This document shows, in pieces, positions 30,344-39,500 of a stretch of DNA of 64,000 bases (position 1 is the stretch's first letter; each line of letters begins with the position of its first letter). Origin of the DNA: Bacillota bacterium (lineage in GTDB: Bacteria; Bacillota; Sulfobacillia; Fermentithermobacillales; Fermentithermobacillaceae); the NCBI GenBank assembly GCA_050952085.1, contig JBMNKH010000004.1, forward strand, positions 444,793 to 508,792, read 5' to 3'. The notes under the pieces were generated by a model that was not told the origin of the DNA, did no database searches, and saw only the letters and a list, made by a program, of their open reading frames with translations. Made by a program: the position numbers and the translations under genes.

Positions 30344-32143
30344 ATGATTATCGTTTCTGCAGCTGAAATGCGCCAATTGGATAACATGGTTCAACGCTTG
30401 GGCGTCTCCGCCCTTATCCTCATGGAAAACGCAGGCCGAGCGCTGGCGGACCATTGTGAGAGATGGTTGGCCGGGATTCGACCCGGGACACTTGAAAATG
30501 GGCCATCAGCCCAGGGACAAGCAGTCACAGTGCAACAAGCCCTGGTACAGGGAGTCCCCGTAGAGAAATCCGTGCTAGAGAAAATCCCGGTAAGGGAAGT
30601 ACCGGTAAGAGGCAAGAACATTGTGGTCTTAGCAGGCCAGGGGCAGAACGGCGGGGACGGGTTTTGCGCTGCCAGGCATTTGGCTGCTAGGGGGCATCAT
30701 GTAAAGGTGGGCTTCTTCGGGAAACAAGACCGGCTGCCCCACGAAGCGCATCTGAACTACCAGATGCTCGCATCGTATCCTGTGGAGGTTTTTTCCTGTG
30801 AGTCTATGTCCCCCCAGGAAGTGCTGGACGCCCTGGGTAATCCGGACCTCATAATCGATGCCCTCCTGGGAATCGGAGGCCAAGGTGGCCCCAGGTTTCC
30901 CATGGATATGGCGATCAGGTGGGCCACTTCACAAATCGCACAGGTAGTTGCATGTGATATACCTTCAGGTGTTTCAGCCGACACAGGCTATGCCTATGAT
31001 CCCTGTATCCAGGCAGACCTTACGATCACCATGGGTTTTGCAAAGATAGGGCTCTTGAGTTACCCGGGCAGGATGTATGCAGGTCACTTAATTGTTGAAA
31101 ACCTTGCTTTCCCTCCTGACCTGGTAGCCCGGTATTGTGCTGAAGATGGTGATTCAAGCCAAGGGGGGCTCGTTCCAAGCCAAGAGGGGCTTGTAGGTGA
31201 AGCAATGGAAGGGCAACGTAATGGGCCTATCAAGATTCTTGCCAAAGCTGCCACCTTTGTCGAAGCAGGTCCTTTGCTGCCCTCAAGACGCGGGAACCAC
31301 CACAAAGGGATGTCAGGCCACGTCCTGGTAATTGCGGGCTCTGTTGGCATGGCGGGAGCTGCGGTGCTATCTGCCAAGAGCGCTCTCAGGTCAGGAGCAG
31401 GGACTGTTACCTTGCTTTGTCCCGGTGAAGCTTACAGTGTGTGTGCATCAATGGTACCTGAGGTAATGGTGGTGCCTTGCGGCTCGTCAGGTGTGTTTTA
31501 CCCGGAGCAAGAGTGTATTGACCTAGTATGGAGGAACCTTGAGAAAGCCGGCGCCGTGGTGATCGGGCCAGGTTGGGGGAGAGGGGATTTTCAGACAGGG
31601 TTTCTGAAGGAGATCCTGCCTGTAGTGTCGAAAAAAATCTGTGTGGTAGACGCTGATGCGCTGTTTGCCCTGAAACAGCTGGGAGGATTGTCATATCTGG
31701 CTGGTATCCAGGGAAACTTTATCCTGACACCCCATCCCGGGGAAATGTCAGTGCTTACCGGGGTCAGTGTAGAAGAGATTGAAAGGGACAGGCCTGGTTG
31801 CGCCCGGGAAGCGGCGCGTCAATCAAGCAGCATTGTGTGCCTAAAAGGCGCAGGAACATGTACTGCCGGGCCGTCAGGGAAACTGTTTGTAAATACGTCA
31901 GGCGGGCCTTACATGGCAACTGCGGGCTCAGGTGATGTGCTTACCGGAGTTATCGCCGCTTTAGCTGCCCAGGGGCTCCCTTCTTATTCAAGTGCCTGGT
32001 TGGGGGTTTTCTGGCACGGGCTTGCGGGGGAAGCTGCCCTGAGGCGGAAGGGATCGCACGGCATATTGGCGGGCGATATTACTGAATGTCTGCCTGAGGC
32101 CCGGGCTCTGATAGAACAACAATTTGACCGGTTTCAGAAGTAG
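30344..32143 (+). CDS. nnr: Bifunctional NAD(P)H-hydrate epimerase / ADP-dependent dehydratase (Nnr)
   Basis: The YjeF_N part has the LAGQGQNGGDGFCAARHL motif, and the C-terminal carbohydrate-kinase part has GDVLTG. The epimerase part has an insertion of about 40 aa. ATG 30344 follows an AGGAG RBS, so 30191-30343 is probably non-coding. Confidence 0.86.
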   Translation: MIIVSAAEMRQLDNMVQRLGVSALILMENAGRALADHCERWLAGIRPGTLENGPSAQGQAVTVQQALVQGVPVEKSVLEKIPVREVPVRGKNIVVLAGQGQNGGDGFCAARHLAARGHHVKVGFFGKQDRLPHEAHLNYQMLASYPVEVFSCESMSPQEVLDALGNPDLIIDALLGIGGQGGPRFPMDMAIRWATSQIAQVVACDIPSGVSADTGYAYDPCIQADLTITMGFAKIGLLSYPGRMYAGHLIVENLAFPPDLVARYCAEDGDSSQGGLVPSQEGLVGEAMEGQRNGPIKILAKAATFVEAGPLLPSRRGNHHKGMSGHVLVIAGSVGMAGAAVLSAKSALRSGAGTVTLLCPGEAYSVCASMVPEVMVVPCGSSGVFYPEQECIDLVWRNLEKAGAVVIGPGWGRGDFQTGFLKEILPVVSKKICVVDADALFALKQLGGLSYLAGIQGNFILTPHPGEMSVLTGVSVEEIERDRPGCAREAARQSSSIVCLKGAGTCTAGPSGKLFVNTSGGPYMATAGSGDVLTGVIAALAAQGLPSYSSAWLGVFWHGLAGEAALRRKGSHGILAGDITECLPEARALIEQQFDRFQK

Positions 32144-32186
32144 TCAGAAGGCCGGCTATAAGGAGGCCGAACCTATCTTGGCGAGA

Positions 32187-32501
32187 ATGAAAAGAGTGGT
32201 CGTAGCATTCCCTGAAGACATATTGGCAGGTATTGACGACATAGTAGTAGAAACAAATAAGACCCGTTCGTTGTTTATACGTGAAGCTTGTTGCTTTTAC
32301 ATGGAAAAGGTGAAAAAGGAGAACATGCGGGAGCAGATGATAAACGGCTATCTGGAAATGGCTGAGATTAACAGGCTCTTAGCTGAAGAAATCGCTTGTG
32401 ACTTCGACTGTTTTCCCAGATGGGGACCTGCCGACGAGTACAGTGCCCTTGCCCCTGATGATTCCCGGCATGACGTATCTGCCAGATGGAGGAAAACTTG
32501 A
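32187..32501 (+). CDS. Ribbon-helix-helix antitoxin (MazE/EndoAI-like)
   Basis: MKRVVVAFPEDILAGIDDIVVETNKTRSLFIREACCFY is an RHH beta-strand plus helices. The stop abuts the mazF start. Confidence 0.65.
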   Translation: MKRVVVAFPEDILAGIDDIVVETNKTRSLFIREACCFYMEKVKKENMREQMINGYLEMAEINRLLAEEIACDFDCFPRWGPADEYSALAPDDSRHDVSARWRKT

Positions 32502-32852
32502 TTGGAGCCTTCAAGAGGTGAGATTTACTTCGCTGATCTAAACCCTGTTCTTGGTTCAGAACAGGGTGGATTCAGGCCGGTTTTGATCATCCAAAACGAT
32601 ATTGGAAACAAGTACAGCCCTACAGTGATCATCTCTGCGATTACTTCCCAGATCCAAAAGGCGAGGCTCCCAACTCATGTGGAACTCCCTGCCAAGCTCT
32701 CCAATCTTGAACGCGACTCAGTTATCTTGCTTGAGCAAGTAAGGACAATAGACAAGAAACGTCTTAAGAAGAGGGTAGCTAAGCTTGACAGCCACATTAT
32801 GGCACAAGTGGATGAAGGCTTGGCAATATCCTTGGGGTTAAAGCCCCTGTAG
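32502..32852 (+). CDS. mazF: mRNA interferase toxin MazF/EndoA (PemK family)
   Basis: [29 protein letters not shown]...TVIISAITS closely follows the EndoA/NdoA consensus. TTG start. Confidence 0.88.
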   Translation: MEPSRGEIYFADLNPVLGSEQGGFRPVLIIQNDIGNKYSPTVIISAITSQIQKARLPTHVELPAKLSNLERDSVILLEQVRTIDKKRLKKRVAKLDSHIMAQVDEGLAISLGLKPL

Positions 32853-32902
32853 TTGCAGTAAGGCTGGTTTGTGGCAGTAAATCTCAAAGGGGAGGACAAG
32901 AA

Positions 32903-33610
32903 ATGAAACCGGTAATTGGTATCGTAGCTAGTTGGAACGAAGAGAAAGAGTCGTCTGTCGTGTCCTATACGTACGTTTCTGCTGTGCTGGAAGCAGGCGG
33001 GATTCCCTTGGCCATACCTATGGTGGGCAAAGAAGAAGCTGATGAAATCCTACCCAAACTGGATGGCATTTTGTTCCCAGGCGGCGCCGATGTTGACCCG
33101 GCCCGGTATGGGGAGCGGCCTCACCTGAAACTGGGCGGTGTAAACCCAAGGCTTGATGAACTGGAATTGCATATAGCCAGGAGAGTCTTGGACATGGGAA
33201 TGCCGGTTGTGGGGATATGCAGGGGATGCCAGGTGGTTAACGTTGCTGCCGGTGGCACTTTGATCCAGGACATACCTTCCCAGCTCGGCGGGGCTATGAA
33301 ACACCAGCAACAGGCACCCAGATGGCATGGTACACACGAAGTGATCATCGAGGAAGATTCACTGGCCTTTGAGGTTTTCGGGGAAAGACGGCTGTCGGTC
33401 AACTCGTATCATCACCAGGCAGTCCGTGATCCTGGAGAGGGCCTGGTTGTTTCAGGCAGGGCTCTTGACGGCGTTACCGAGGTGGTTGAAGGCCGGAAGA
33501 ATTTTGTGCTCCTGCTGCAATGGCACCCTGAATGCATGTGGAAGCATAACCGTGTTTTCATAAGGCCTTTCGAAGCCTTAGTAGAGGCTGCCAAGAATTT
33601 CAAGGATTGA
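32903..33610 (+). CDS. Class I glutamine amidotransferase-like gamma-glutamyl hydrolase (peptidase C26 family)
   Basis: Catalytic Cys in GICRGCQVVNVAAGG, His in YHHQAV. Confidence 0.8.
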   Translation: MKPVIGIVASWNEEKESSVVSYTYVSAVLEAGGIPLAIPMVGKEEADEILPKLDGILFPGGADVDPARYGERPHLKLGGVNPRLDELELHIARRVLDMGMPVVGICRGCQVVNVAAGGTLIQDIPSQLGGAMKHQQQAPRWHGTHEVIIEEDSLAFEVFGERRLSVNSYHHQAVRDPGEGLVVSGRALDGVTEVVEGRKNFVLLLQWHPECMWKHNRVFIRPFEALVEAAKNFKD

Positions 33611-33626
33611 GTGGGGGAATCAGGCA

Positions 33627-34763
33627 ATGACAAATGGAGCCGGGGCAGGTTGCAACATTAGTTCAAGCAAGCCTAGATGCAGGGATGTTGGAATTTCTAT
33701 AGGAACGCTGCCGGCAGGGCCGTACAATGCAATTACAGATGTGCCTGGGGTTCTGGTAGGGCACTCGACCATCATAGAAGGTGAAGGCCCCCTTGTTCCA
33801 GGCAAAGGGCCTGTAAGAACAGGAGTAACCGCAATCAGGCCTCATCCAGGCAATATATTCCAGGAGAAAGTACCGGGAGCTGTCTATGTCATAAACGGAT
33901 TTGGCAAAGCTACAGGTATTGCCCAAGTCCAGGAATTGGGAGTTATTGAGACCCCTATCGTGCTCACCAATACCTTGAGCGTGGGCCAGGCTTGGGATGC
34001 CCTCTGTGAATATATGCTGGAACTCAACCCTGACATCGGTGTGACCACCGGTACTGTGAATCCCTTGGTGCTTGAATGCAACGACGGATTCCTCAATGAC
34101 ATCAGGGGAAGGCACGTGAAAAAACATCACGTATTGTCAGCGCTGAATCAAGCCGCATCAGGGCCGGTAACTGAAGGCAACGTGGGGGGCGGTACCGGAA
34201 TGTCGTGCTTTGGTTTCAAAGGGGGCATAGGTACATCTTCCAGATGCGTAGAAATTGGTGAAAACAGTTGGTTTGTAGGCGTGTTGGTTATGTCCAACTT
34301 CGGCAGCATGAAAGAACTGAGGGTATCAGGAATCCCAGTAGGGTTAGAACTGGAGAAACGCTTGGGGATGCAGCGTAAAGCTCCCCCTGGTTCCATAGTG
34401 ATTGTGCTGGCAACTGATGTGCCTGTTTCAGACAGGCAGCTTCACAGGATCGCCAAGAGGTGCGGAGGTGGGCTGGCGCGGATAGGCTCCACTTTTCAGA
34501 ACGGAAGCGGCGATTTCGCCGTAGCATTTTCCACGGCCAACCGCGTGCCCCATAAAGACCCGTCACCCTTTGTTGCCGGCAAATGGCTGCGGGATGATTC
34601 CCAGGAACTCGGCAGGATTTTTGCTGCCTCAGTTGAAGCCACTGAAGAAGCCATCCTTAATTCGTTGTTTGCTGCAGAAACTATGGAAGGCCGGGATGGC
34701 AATACCAGAATGGCGCTGCCTGTCAGTATGGTGCTTGATATCATAAAAGGCTGGAACGCCTGA
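33627..34763 (+). CDS. P1 (DmpA/OAT) family aminopeptidase
   Basis: GISIGTLPAGPYNAITDVPGVLVGHST...LVLATDVPV and a self-processing Gly-Ser/Thr-type fold typical of DmpA/S58. Confidence 0.78.
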   Translation: MTNGAGAGCNISSSKPRCRDVGISIGTLPAGPYNAITDVPGVLVGHSTIIEGEGPLVPGKGPVRTGVTAIRPHPGNIFQEKVPGAVYVINGFGKATGIAQVQELGVIETPIVLTNTLSVGQAWDALCEYMLELNPDIGVTTGTVNPLVLECNDGFLNDIRGRHVKKHHVLSALNQAASGPVTEGNVGGGTGMSCFGFKGGIGTSSRCVEIGENSWFVGVLVMSNFGSMKELRVSGIPVGLELEKRLGMQRKAPPGSIVIVLATDVPVSDRQLHRIAKRCGGGLARIGSTFQNGSGDFAVAFSTANRVPHKDPSPFVAGKWLRDDSQELGRIFAASVEATEEAILNSLFAAETMEGRDGNTRMALPVSMVLDIIKGWNA

Positions 34764-34847
34764 CAGGTGTACTCTGTGGTTTACGGCAGGATAAATTGAA
34801 AAATCGTCGAATGGTGTTTAAGAAGCAATTTCTCAGGGAGGTTTGTA

Positions 34848-35537
34848 ATGCCGCGGAAAAACAAGGATAGCCAAGCGGAGCAAAGCCAACCGGGTAGACC
34901 CGCCGGAAGGCCGTCTTATCTAAGAGGCCTGAGACCCCGGGAAAAAGCTCCAGGAGCGGTCAAGCAGGAGGCCAAGGATGAGGCCAAGGAGGTTGCTCCT
35001 GTTGAGGAGGAACAAGAAGCTAAGGAAGATGTGGAACTCTACAGGTGGATAAATTGGCTTCTGCCTAGAAGGCCCCTTGTTGCCGTTTTCGTTATTGCTT
35101 CGTTTATCGGGTCTATAGCCATTGCGTACTGGGCGGTACCCCAGTTGTTTTTTGTAGCAGTTATCTCAGTGATATTCCTTAATCGCCTGGCTCCGTATCT
35201 CTTTCCCGTCACATTCATCCTTACCGAGGAAAAAGTGGGCTACCGGACGTTCCTGGCACGGGATATCCGTCCTTGGAATGCTTTTATGGCCTATAGGGAG
35301 TTTCCCGACGGTGTGCTCCTTACACATGATATACGGACTTTCAGGGGACGTATGAAGGAGGGGATCTTTCTCTACTATTACCAAGACGGTTCTAACAAAG
35401 ATGAAATCCTTCGCATAGTCAGCTCTAAATTGAAGCCTCTCGATGAAGCACTGTCTACAGATCAGAAGGCGAAGGAAGAAAAAGGCGGGCTGCGATCAGC
35501 GATTAGGCGCATCCGCAGATTACGCTCGAAAGACTAA
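34848..35537 (+). CDS. Hypothetical membrane protein with basic/acidic low-complexity N-terminus
   Basis: AGGGAGG RBS, then ATG. Two TM helices (LVAVFVIASFIGSIAIAYWAV, LFFVAVISVIFLNRLAPYLF). No family recognised. Confidence 0.5.
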   Translation: MPRKNKDSQAEQSQPGRPAGRPSYLRGLRPREKAPGAVKQEAKDEAKEVAPVEEEQEAKEDVELYRWINWLLPRRPLVAVFVIASFIGSIAIAYWAVPQLFFVAVISVIFLNRLAPYLFPVTFILTEEKVGYRTFLARDIRPWNAFMAYREFPDGVLLTHDIRTFRGRMKEGIFLYYYQDGSNKDEILRIVSSKLKPLDEALSTDQKAKEEKGGLRSAIRRIRRLRSKD

Positions 35538-35649
35538 TCAGCACTACACTGCCTCCAGAATGGCTTTTATCAGGGCATTGTTTTTTGATCTTTGATTGGC
35601 CTTTGGTTGACTTTTGATTGGTGACAGGGGGAGCAAGGAGGGATCTGGT

Positions 35650-37545
35650 ATGGAAGACAGAAGAGTTGAGTCTATTTTGGCCACAGACGTTGGTTCTACT
35701 ACCACCAAAGCTATTCTTATTGAGAAGATAGGCGATGAATACCGGCTGGTCACCCGCGGCGAAATGCCCACGACAGTGGAAGCCCCATGGGAAAACGTGA
35801 TGATCGGTGTGAAGAAAGCTATAAGGCGGGTAGAAGAACTAATAGACAGGCCACTTCTTGATGAGGAAGGTAACCTGATTAGGCCGAAAGACGGCCAAAA
35901 AGGTGTAGATATGTACGTTTCTACGTCTTCGGCCGGAGGCGGGCTTCAGATGATGGTGGCTGGCCTGGTTAAGTCTATCAGTGCCAGTTCAGCTCATAGG
36001 GCAGCCCTAGGCGCAGGGGCGGTAGTGCTTGATGTCATATCAGTAGACGACGGAAGATCACAATCAGAGCAAATAACCAGAATCACTGAGCTGCGTCCTG
36101 ACATCATCCTGGTGTCAGGCGGCGTAGACGGAGGTTCTGTTGCATATCTGGCGTTGATTGCAGAGATTATCAAACAGGCTAACCCCCAGCCTCGCTTTGG
36201 TGCTACTTATAAGCTGCCCCTTATTTATGCGGGCAACAAAGACGCCCAGGATATTGTGATGCAAATATGTGGAGATACAATGGACGTGCATTTGGTCCCA
36301 AATCTCAGGCCGCGTCACGACATTGAGAACCTTGGGCCCGCCAGGGAAGCCATACATGATCTCTTTATGAACCACGTGATGGCTCAAGCTCCCGGATACG
36401 GTGAACTCATGGAACTGGTGGATACAACGATTATGCCCACACCCGGCGCTGTGGGAAAACTCATCATGGTTCTGGCCGAACAGAACAACCAAAGCATTAT
36501 AGGCGTGGATATTGGCGGGGCGACAACTGACGTATTTTCCAACTTCGAAGATACCTTTACCAGGACAGTGTCTGCGAACCTGGGAATGAGCTATTCAATA
36601 TGCAATGTGCTTGAGGAGGCAGGTTTCGATAATATCCTGCGATGGGTGCCTTTCAGCATGGACCAGTCCCAGATTTCAGACTGGATTGCCAACAAGATGG
36701 TTAGGCCCACCACAATACCCCAGACCGTCTACCACCTTGTGGTCGAGCACGCGCTTGCAAGGGAAGCCCTGCGGTTGAGTTTTGAACACCACAAGAGCCT
36801 TGCGAAAAAAGTCGAGGAAGAAAAAGTAGGATTTGGCCGCGAGTCCGGGGTTACAAAAGCTTCCGGACGTGACATTATCAATATGATGGAGCTTGACATG
36901 CTGGTGGGTTCAGGCGGTGTGCTGTCACATGCCCCCAGGCGGCAGCAAGCTGCACTCATGCTCATAGATGCTTTCCAGCCTGAAGGCGTCACACAGTTAG
37001 CTGTGGACTCTATCTTCATGATGCCTCACCTTGGAGTACTTTCTTCTGTATATCCGGAAATTGCTGCTGAGGTGTTTGATAAAGACTGTCTGGTGAGGCT
37101 TGGTACAGTCGTGGCGCCTGTCGGTCCTGCACCCAGGAACGGTGTTTTGGCTACCATTCACATTGCCATGCCCGGCGGAGAGGTCCAGGAGCACCAGATC
37201 ACAGCAGGTGATCTCAAGGTGATTTCTTTGGAAGTGGGCGACACTGTATCATGCAAGCTTGTACCTAACGGCGGGCGTATAGATGTGGGTGCAGGCAGGG
37301 GTACTATCTTTGAAACTGAACTTCACGGAGGGCTCGTGGGAATCGTGTTAGATGGCAGGGGCCGTCCTATAGAGTTGCCCGAGAGCGGTTCCGAGCGGAT
37401 CAAGAAACTGACTTCGTGGTTTGAAACTATGAACGCTTATCCCATGGAGCCTGTTTACGAGCTGCAGAAGCGCTTCCCGGCTAAAGAGGAAGACACACAA
37501 GGAGGGAAGAAACGTGGCGGTCTCTTCGGTTTATTCAGGAGATAG
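35650..37545 (+). CDS. GlmL/MutL-family ASKHA (actin-fold) ATPase, long form (631 aa), copy 1
   Basis: Phosphate-1 motif ILATDVGSTTTKAILIEK, adenosine motif VIGVDIGGATTDVFS, and an extra C-terminal domain of about 150 aa. ATG at 35650 after an AAGGAGGG RBS. Confidence 0.7.
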   Translation: MEDRRVESILATDVGSTTTKAILIEKIGDEYRLVTRGEMPTTVEAPWENVMIGVKKAIRRVEELIDRPLLDEEGNLIRPKDGQKGVDMYVSTSSAGGGLQMMVAGLVKSISASSAHRAALGAGAVVLDVISVDDGRSQSEQITRITELRPDIILVSGGVDGGSVAYLALIAEIIKQANPQPRFGATYKLPLIYAGNKDAQDIVMQICGDTMDVHLVPNLRPRHDIENLGPAREAIHDLFMNHVMAQAPGYGELMELVDTTIMPTPGAVGKLIMVLAEQNNQSIIGVDIGGATTDVFSNFEDTFTRTVSANLGMSYSICNVLEEAGFDNILRWVPFSMDQSQISDWIANKMVRPTTIPQTVYHLVVEHALAREALRLSFEHHKSLAKKVEEEKVGFGRESGVTKASGRDIINMMELDMLVGSGGVLSHAPRRQQAALMLIDAFQPEGVTQLAVDSIFMMPHLGVLSSVYPEIAAEVFDKDCLVRLGTVVAPVGPAPRNGVLATIHIAMPGGEVQEHQITAGDLKVISLEVGDTVSCKLVPNGGRIDVGAGRGTIFETELHGGLVGIVLDGRGRPIELPESGSERIKKLTSWFETMNAYPMEPVYELQKRFPAKEEDTQGGKKRGGLFGLFRR

Positions 37546-37549
37546 TCAA

Positions 37550-38872
37550 GTGGGCCGGATAGAACTTATAAGAAAAGTAAGGCGGCTACCCCTGCCAGGG
37601 GAAGTCCTTGTTAAGAAGGGAGACAGGGTATTACCTGATACACCTGTTGCCAAGATAGCGCTCAGGCCCGGTATTCCCTGGGTTATCCCAGCAGCCAGGC
37701 TATTGGGTATAGAACCTTCGGAACTTGGCAAATGCATGCTGAAAAATGTGGGCGACCGCGTCAAGACCCAGGACATTATCGCCAGGGCCGAACAAGGTCT
37801 GTACGGCAGGAAAGAGATTGGGTCACCTACAGACGGTGTAATCGAGGATGTGTCTAGCCGTTCAGGAAGGATTACTATCAGGGAAGAGTTTGGACGGGAA
37901 GAGCCGCCTATAACCTTCGACGTGGCTTTCGAGATCAAGTGCAAACCTGAAGAACTTCCAAACCACATGCTGAGGCAGGTAGGTCAAGAAGTCAAGAAGG
38001 GCCAGATGATCGCCAAGAAGGGCGAAGCCCAGGCGTTCTTCACCAAGACTGCGATAGCTCCCGTATCAGGAATCATATCTAAGATTTGTACCGAGACAGG
38101 CAAAGTGACAATTGCCAGGCCGTTCAAAGAGGTCGTGGTAAATGCATACGTACAAGGCACTGTCTCTCAGATTATTGAGAACCGGGGATGTATAGTTGAC
38201 ACTACCGGAGTCCGCCTCAACGGGGTGTTCGGGCTGGGCAGGGAGACCTACGGTGAACTCAAAATGCTTTGTAGCAGCCCCGATCAGGTGCTTGAAGCAG
38301 ACATGATTACGGAGGATTGCAGAGATAAGATCATCGTCGGGGGATCTTTCGCCACCAACGAAGCCCTTTCCAGGGCGCTTGATATCGGAGTAAAGGGAGT
38401 AATCACAGGAACGGTCAACTACTTTAACCTGACCCAATCCCTTGGAGTCAAGCTTGGCGTGGGCATAACCGGCCAGGAGGATATTGACATTACTGTTATA
38501 CTGATGGAGGGATTTGGCCACCTCTCAATGCGGAAGGAAGCATTTGAGATCCTGGCTTCCCTTGAAGGAAGGATGGCTTCGATTAACGGTGCAACCCAGA
38601 TTAGGGCAGGGGCCATAAGGCCTGAAATCATCGCTCCTTTTGAGGATTTTGAGGATGAGCCTGCCAAACCTGTCCAGTTTGATCCTGACTTGCGGGTAGG
38701 AATGGATGTAAGGATCATCAACGAACCCTATTTCGGGGCTACCGGGCGGATTTGCGAGATCATCAGGGAGCCTGTGGCAATCGAGACTGAAGCCAGAGTT
38801 CCTGTAGTCAAAGTTGCGCTTAGGGACGGGAATGAAGTGGTGGTCCCCAGGGCTAATGTAGAGTTATTATGA
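37550..38872 (+). CDS. Conserved partner protein of the GlmL-like ATPase, copy 1 (N-terminal barrel-sandwich-like motif; C-terminal INGATQIRAG...PRANVE block)
   Basis: GTG at 37550 after AGGAGA. Paralogous to 41374..42495 over the whole C-terminal 250 aa. Confidence 0.6.
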   Translation: MGRIELIRKVRRLPLPGEVLVKKGDRVLPDTPVAKIALRPGIPWVIPAARLLGIEPSELGKCMLKNVGDRVKTQDIIARAEQGLYGRKEIGSPTDGVIEDVSSRSGRITIREEFGREEPPITFDVAFEIKCKPEELPNHMLRQVGQEVKKGQMIAKKGEAQAFFTKTAIAPVSGIISKICTETGKVTIARPFKEVVVNAYVQGTVSQIIENRGCIVDTTGVRLNGVFGLGRETYGELKMLCSSPDQVLEADMITEDCRDKIIVGGSFATNEALSRALDIGVKGVITGTVNYFNLTQSLGVKLGVGITGQEDIDITVILMEGFGHLSMRKEAFEILASLEGRMASINGATQIRAGAIRPEIIAPFEDFEDEPAKPVQFDPDLRVGMDVRIINEPYFGATGRICEIIREPVAIETEARVPVVKVALRDGNEVVVPRANVELL

Positions 38873-38882
38873 GCAATATAGC

Positions 38883-38947
38883 GGCAAGCAGCTCATGGTG
38901 CCTGGTTATGGGTATCCAGGCTGCTTGCTGTCTGCTGTGGTATTTTT
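38883..38947 (+). terminator. Possible branched hairpin/terminator between the two ATPase modules
   Basis: GCAAGCAGC...CCTGG-loop-CCAGG...GCTGCTTGC nested inverted repeats, with TATTTTT 13 nt downstream. Confidence 0.3.
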
Positions 38948-39013
38948 AGGTTTCGATAAGTTGGTTGAAATATTGTAAAATAGAGACAATGCTATCGACA
39001 GGGAGGTGAACGG

Positions 39014-39409
39014 ATGCTTAACTTCCGCGAGCCTATTGACGAGAAGCAGCGGGATGAGCTGGTGGAAGCGATTGCGCAGAAGGTAAAGCAGTACGGCCTG
39101 GCGGTTCCCGCGATTTTCTTCTTGGAAATGAACAAGCCCCTGAGTTATATAGGTGGCCAGCTTATGCACTTTTTTTCACCGATGATTGGTGTGTTCTTCG
39201 AGACTTTTGAAGATTATGCGTACTTTTTTGATGATAGGAAGAATGTAGAGCTTCTGATTCAGCGAATTGAAGCTATCGCTATGGAAGAGGAGGAAGAAAG
39301 AAAAAAGCAGAAGGCTTTGAAAAGAGTAGCAAAGCAGAAAGAATCAGGAACATCTATGCTTGATGATGCGTTAAAGATGGAATCACAAGACACAGACGCT
39401 GAAAAATGA
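39014..39409 (+). CDS. Hypothetical 131-aa protein (central hydrophobic segment, acidic/basic C-terminal tail)
   Basis: GGGAGG RBS then ATG. No recognisable family. Confidence 0.5.
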   Translation: MLNFREPIDEKQRDELVEAIAQKVKQYGLAVPAIFFLEMNKPLSYIGGQLMHFFSPMIGVFFETFEDYAYFFDDRKNVELLIQRIEAIAMEEEEERKKQKALKRVAKQKESGTSMLDDALKMESQDTDAEK

Positions 39410-39500
39410 TCTGATGTAAGAGGATTTTTCGCGGCGGATGTCGTAATTGATCCAAGTAGTCTTATTGTGTCATGGTGCCAGTGAGGGAGGGGAAGACTTA

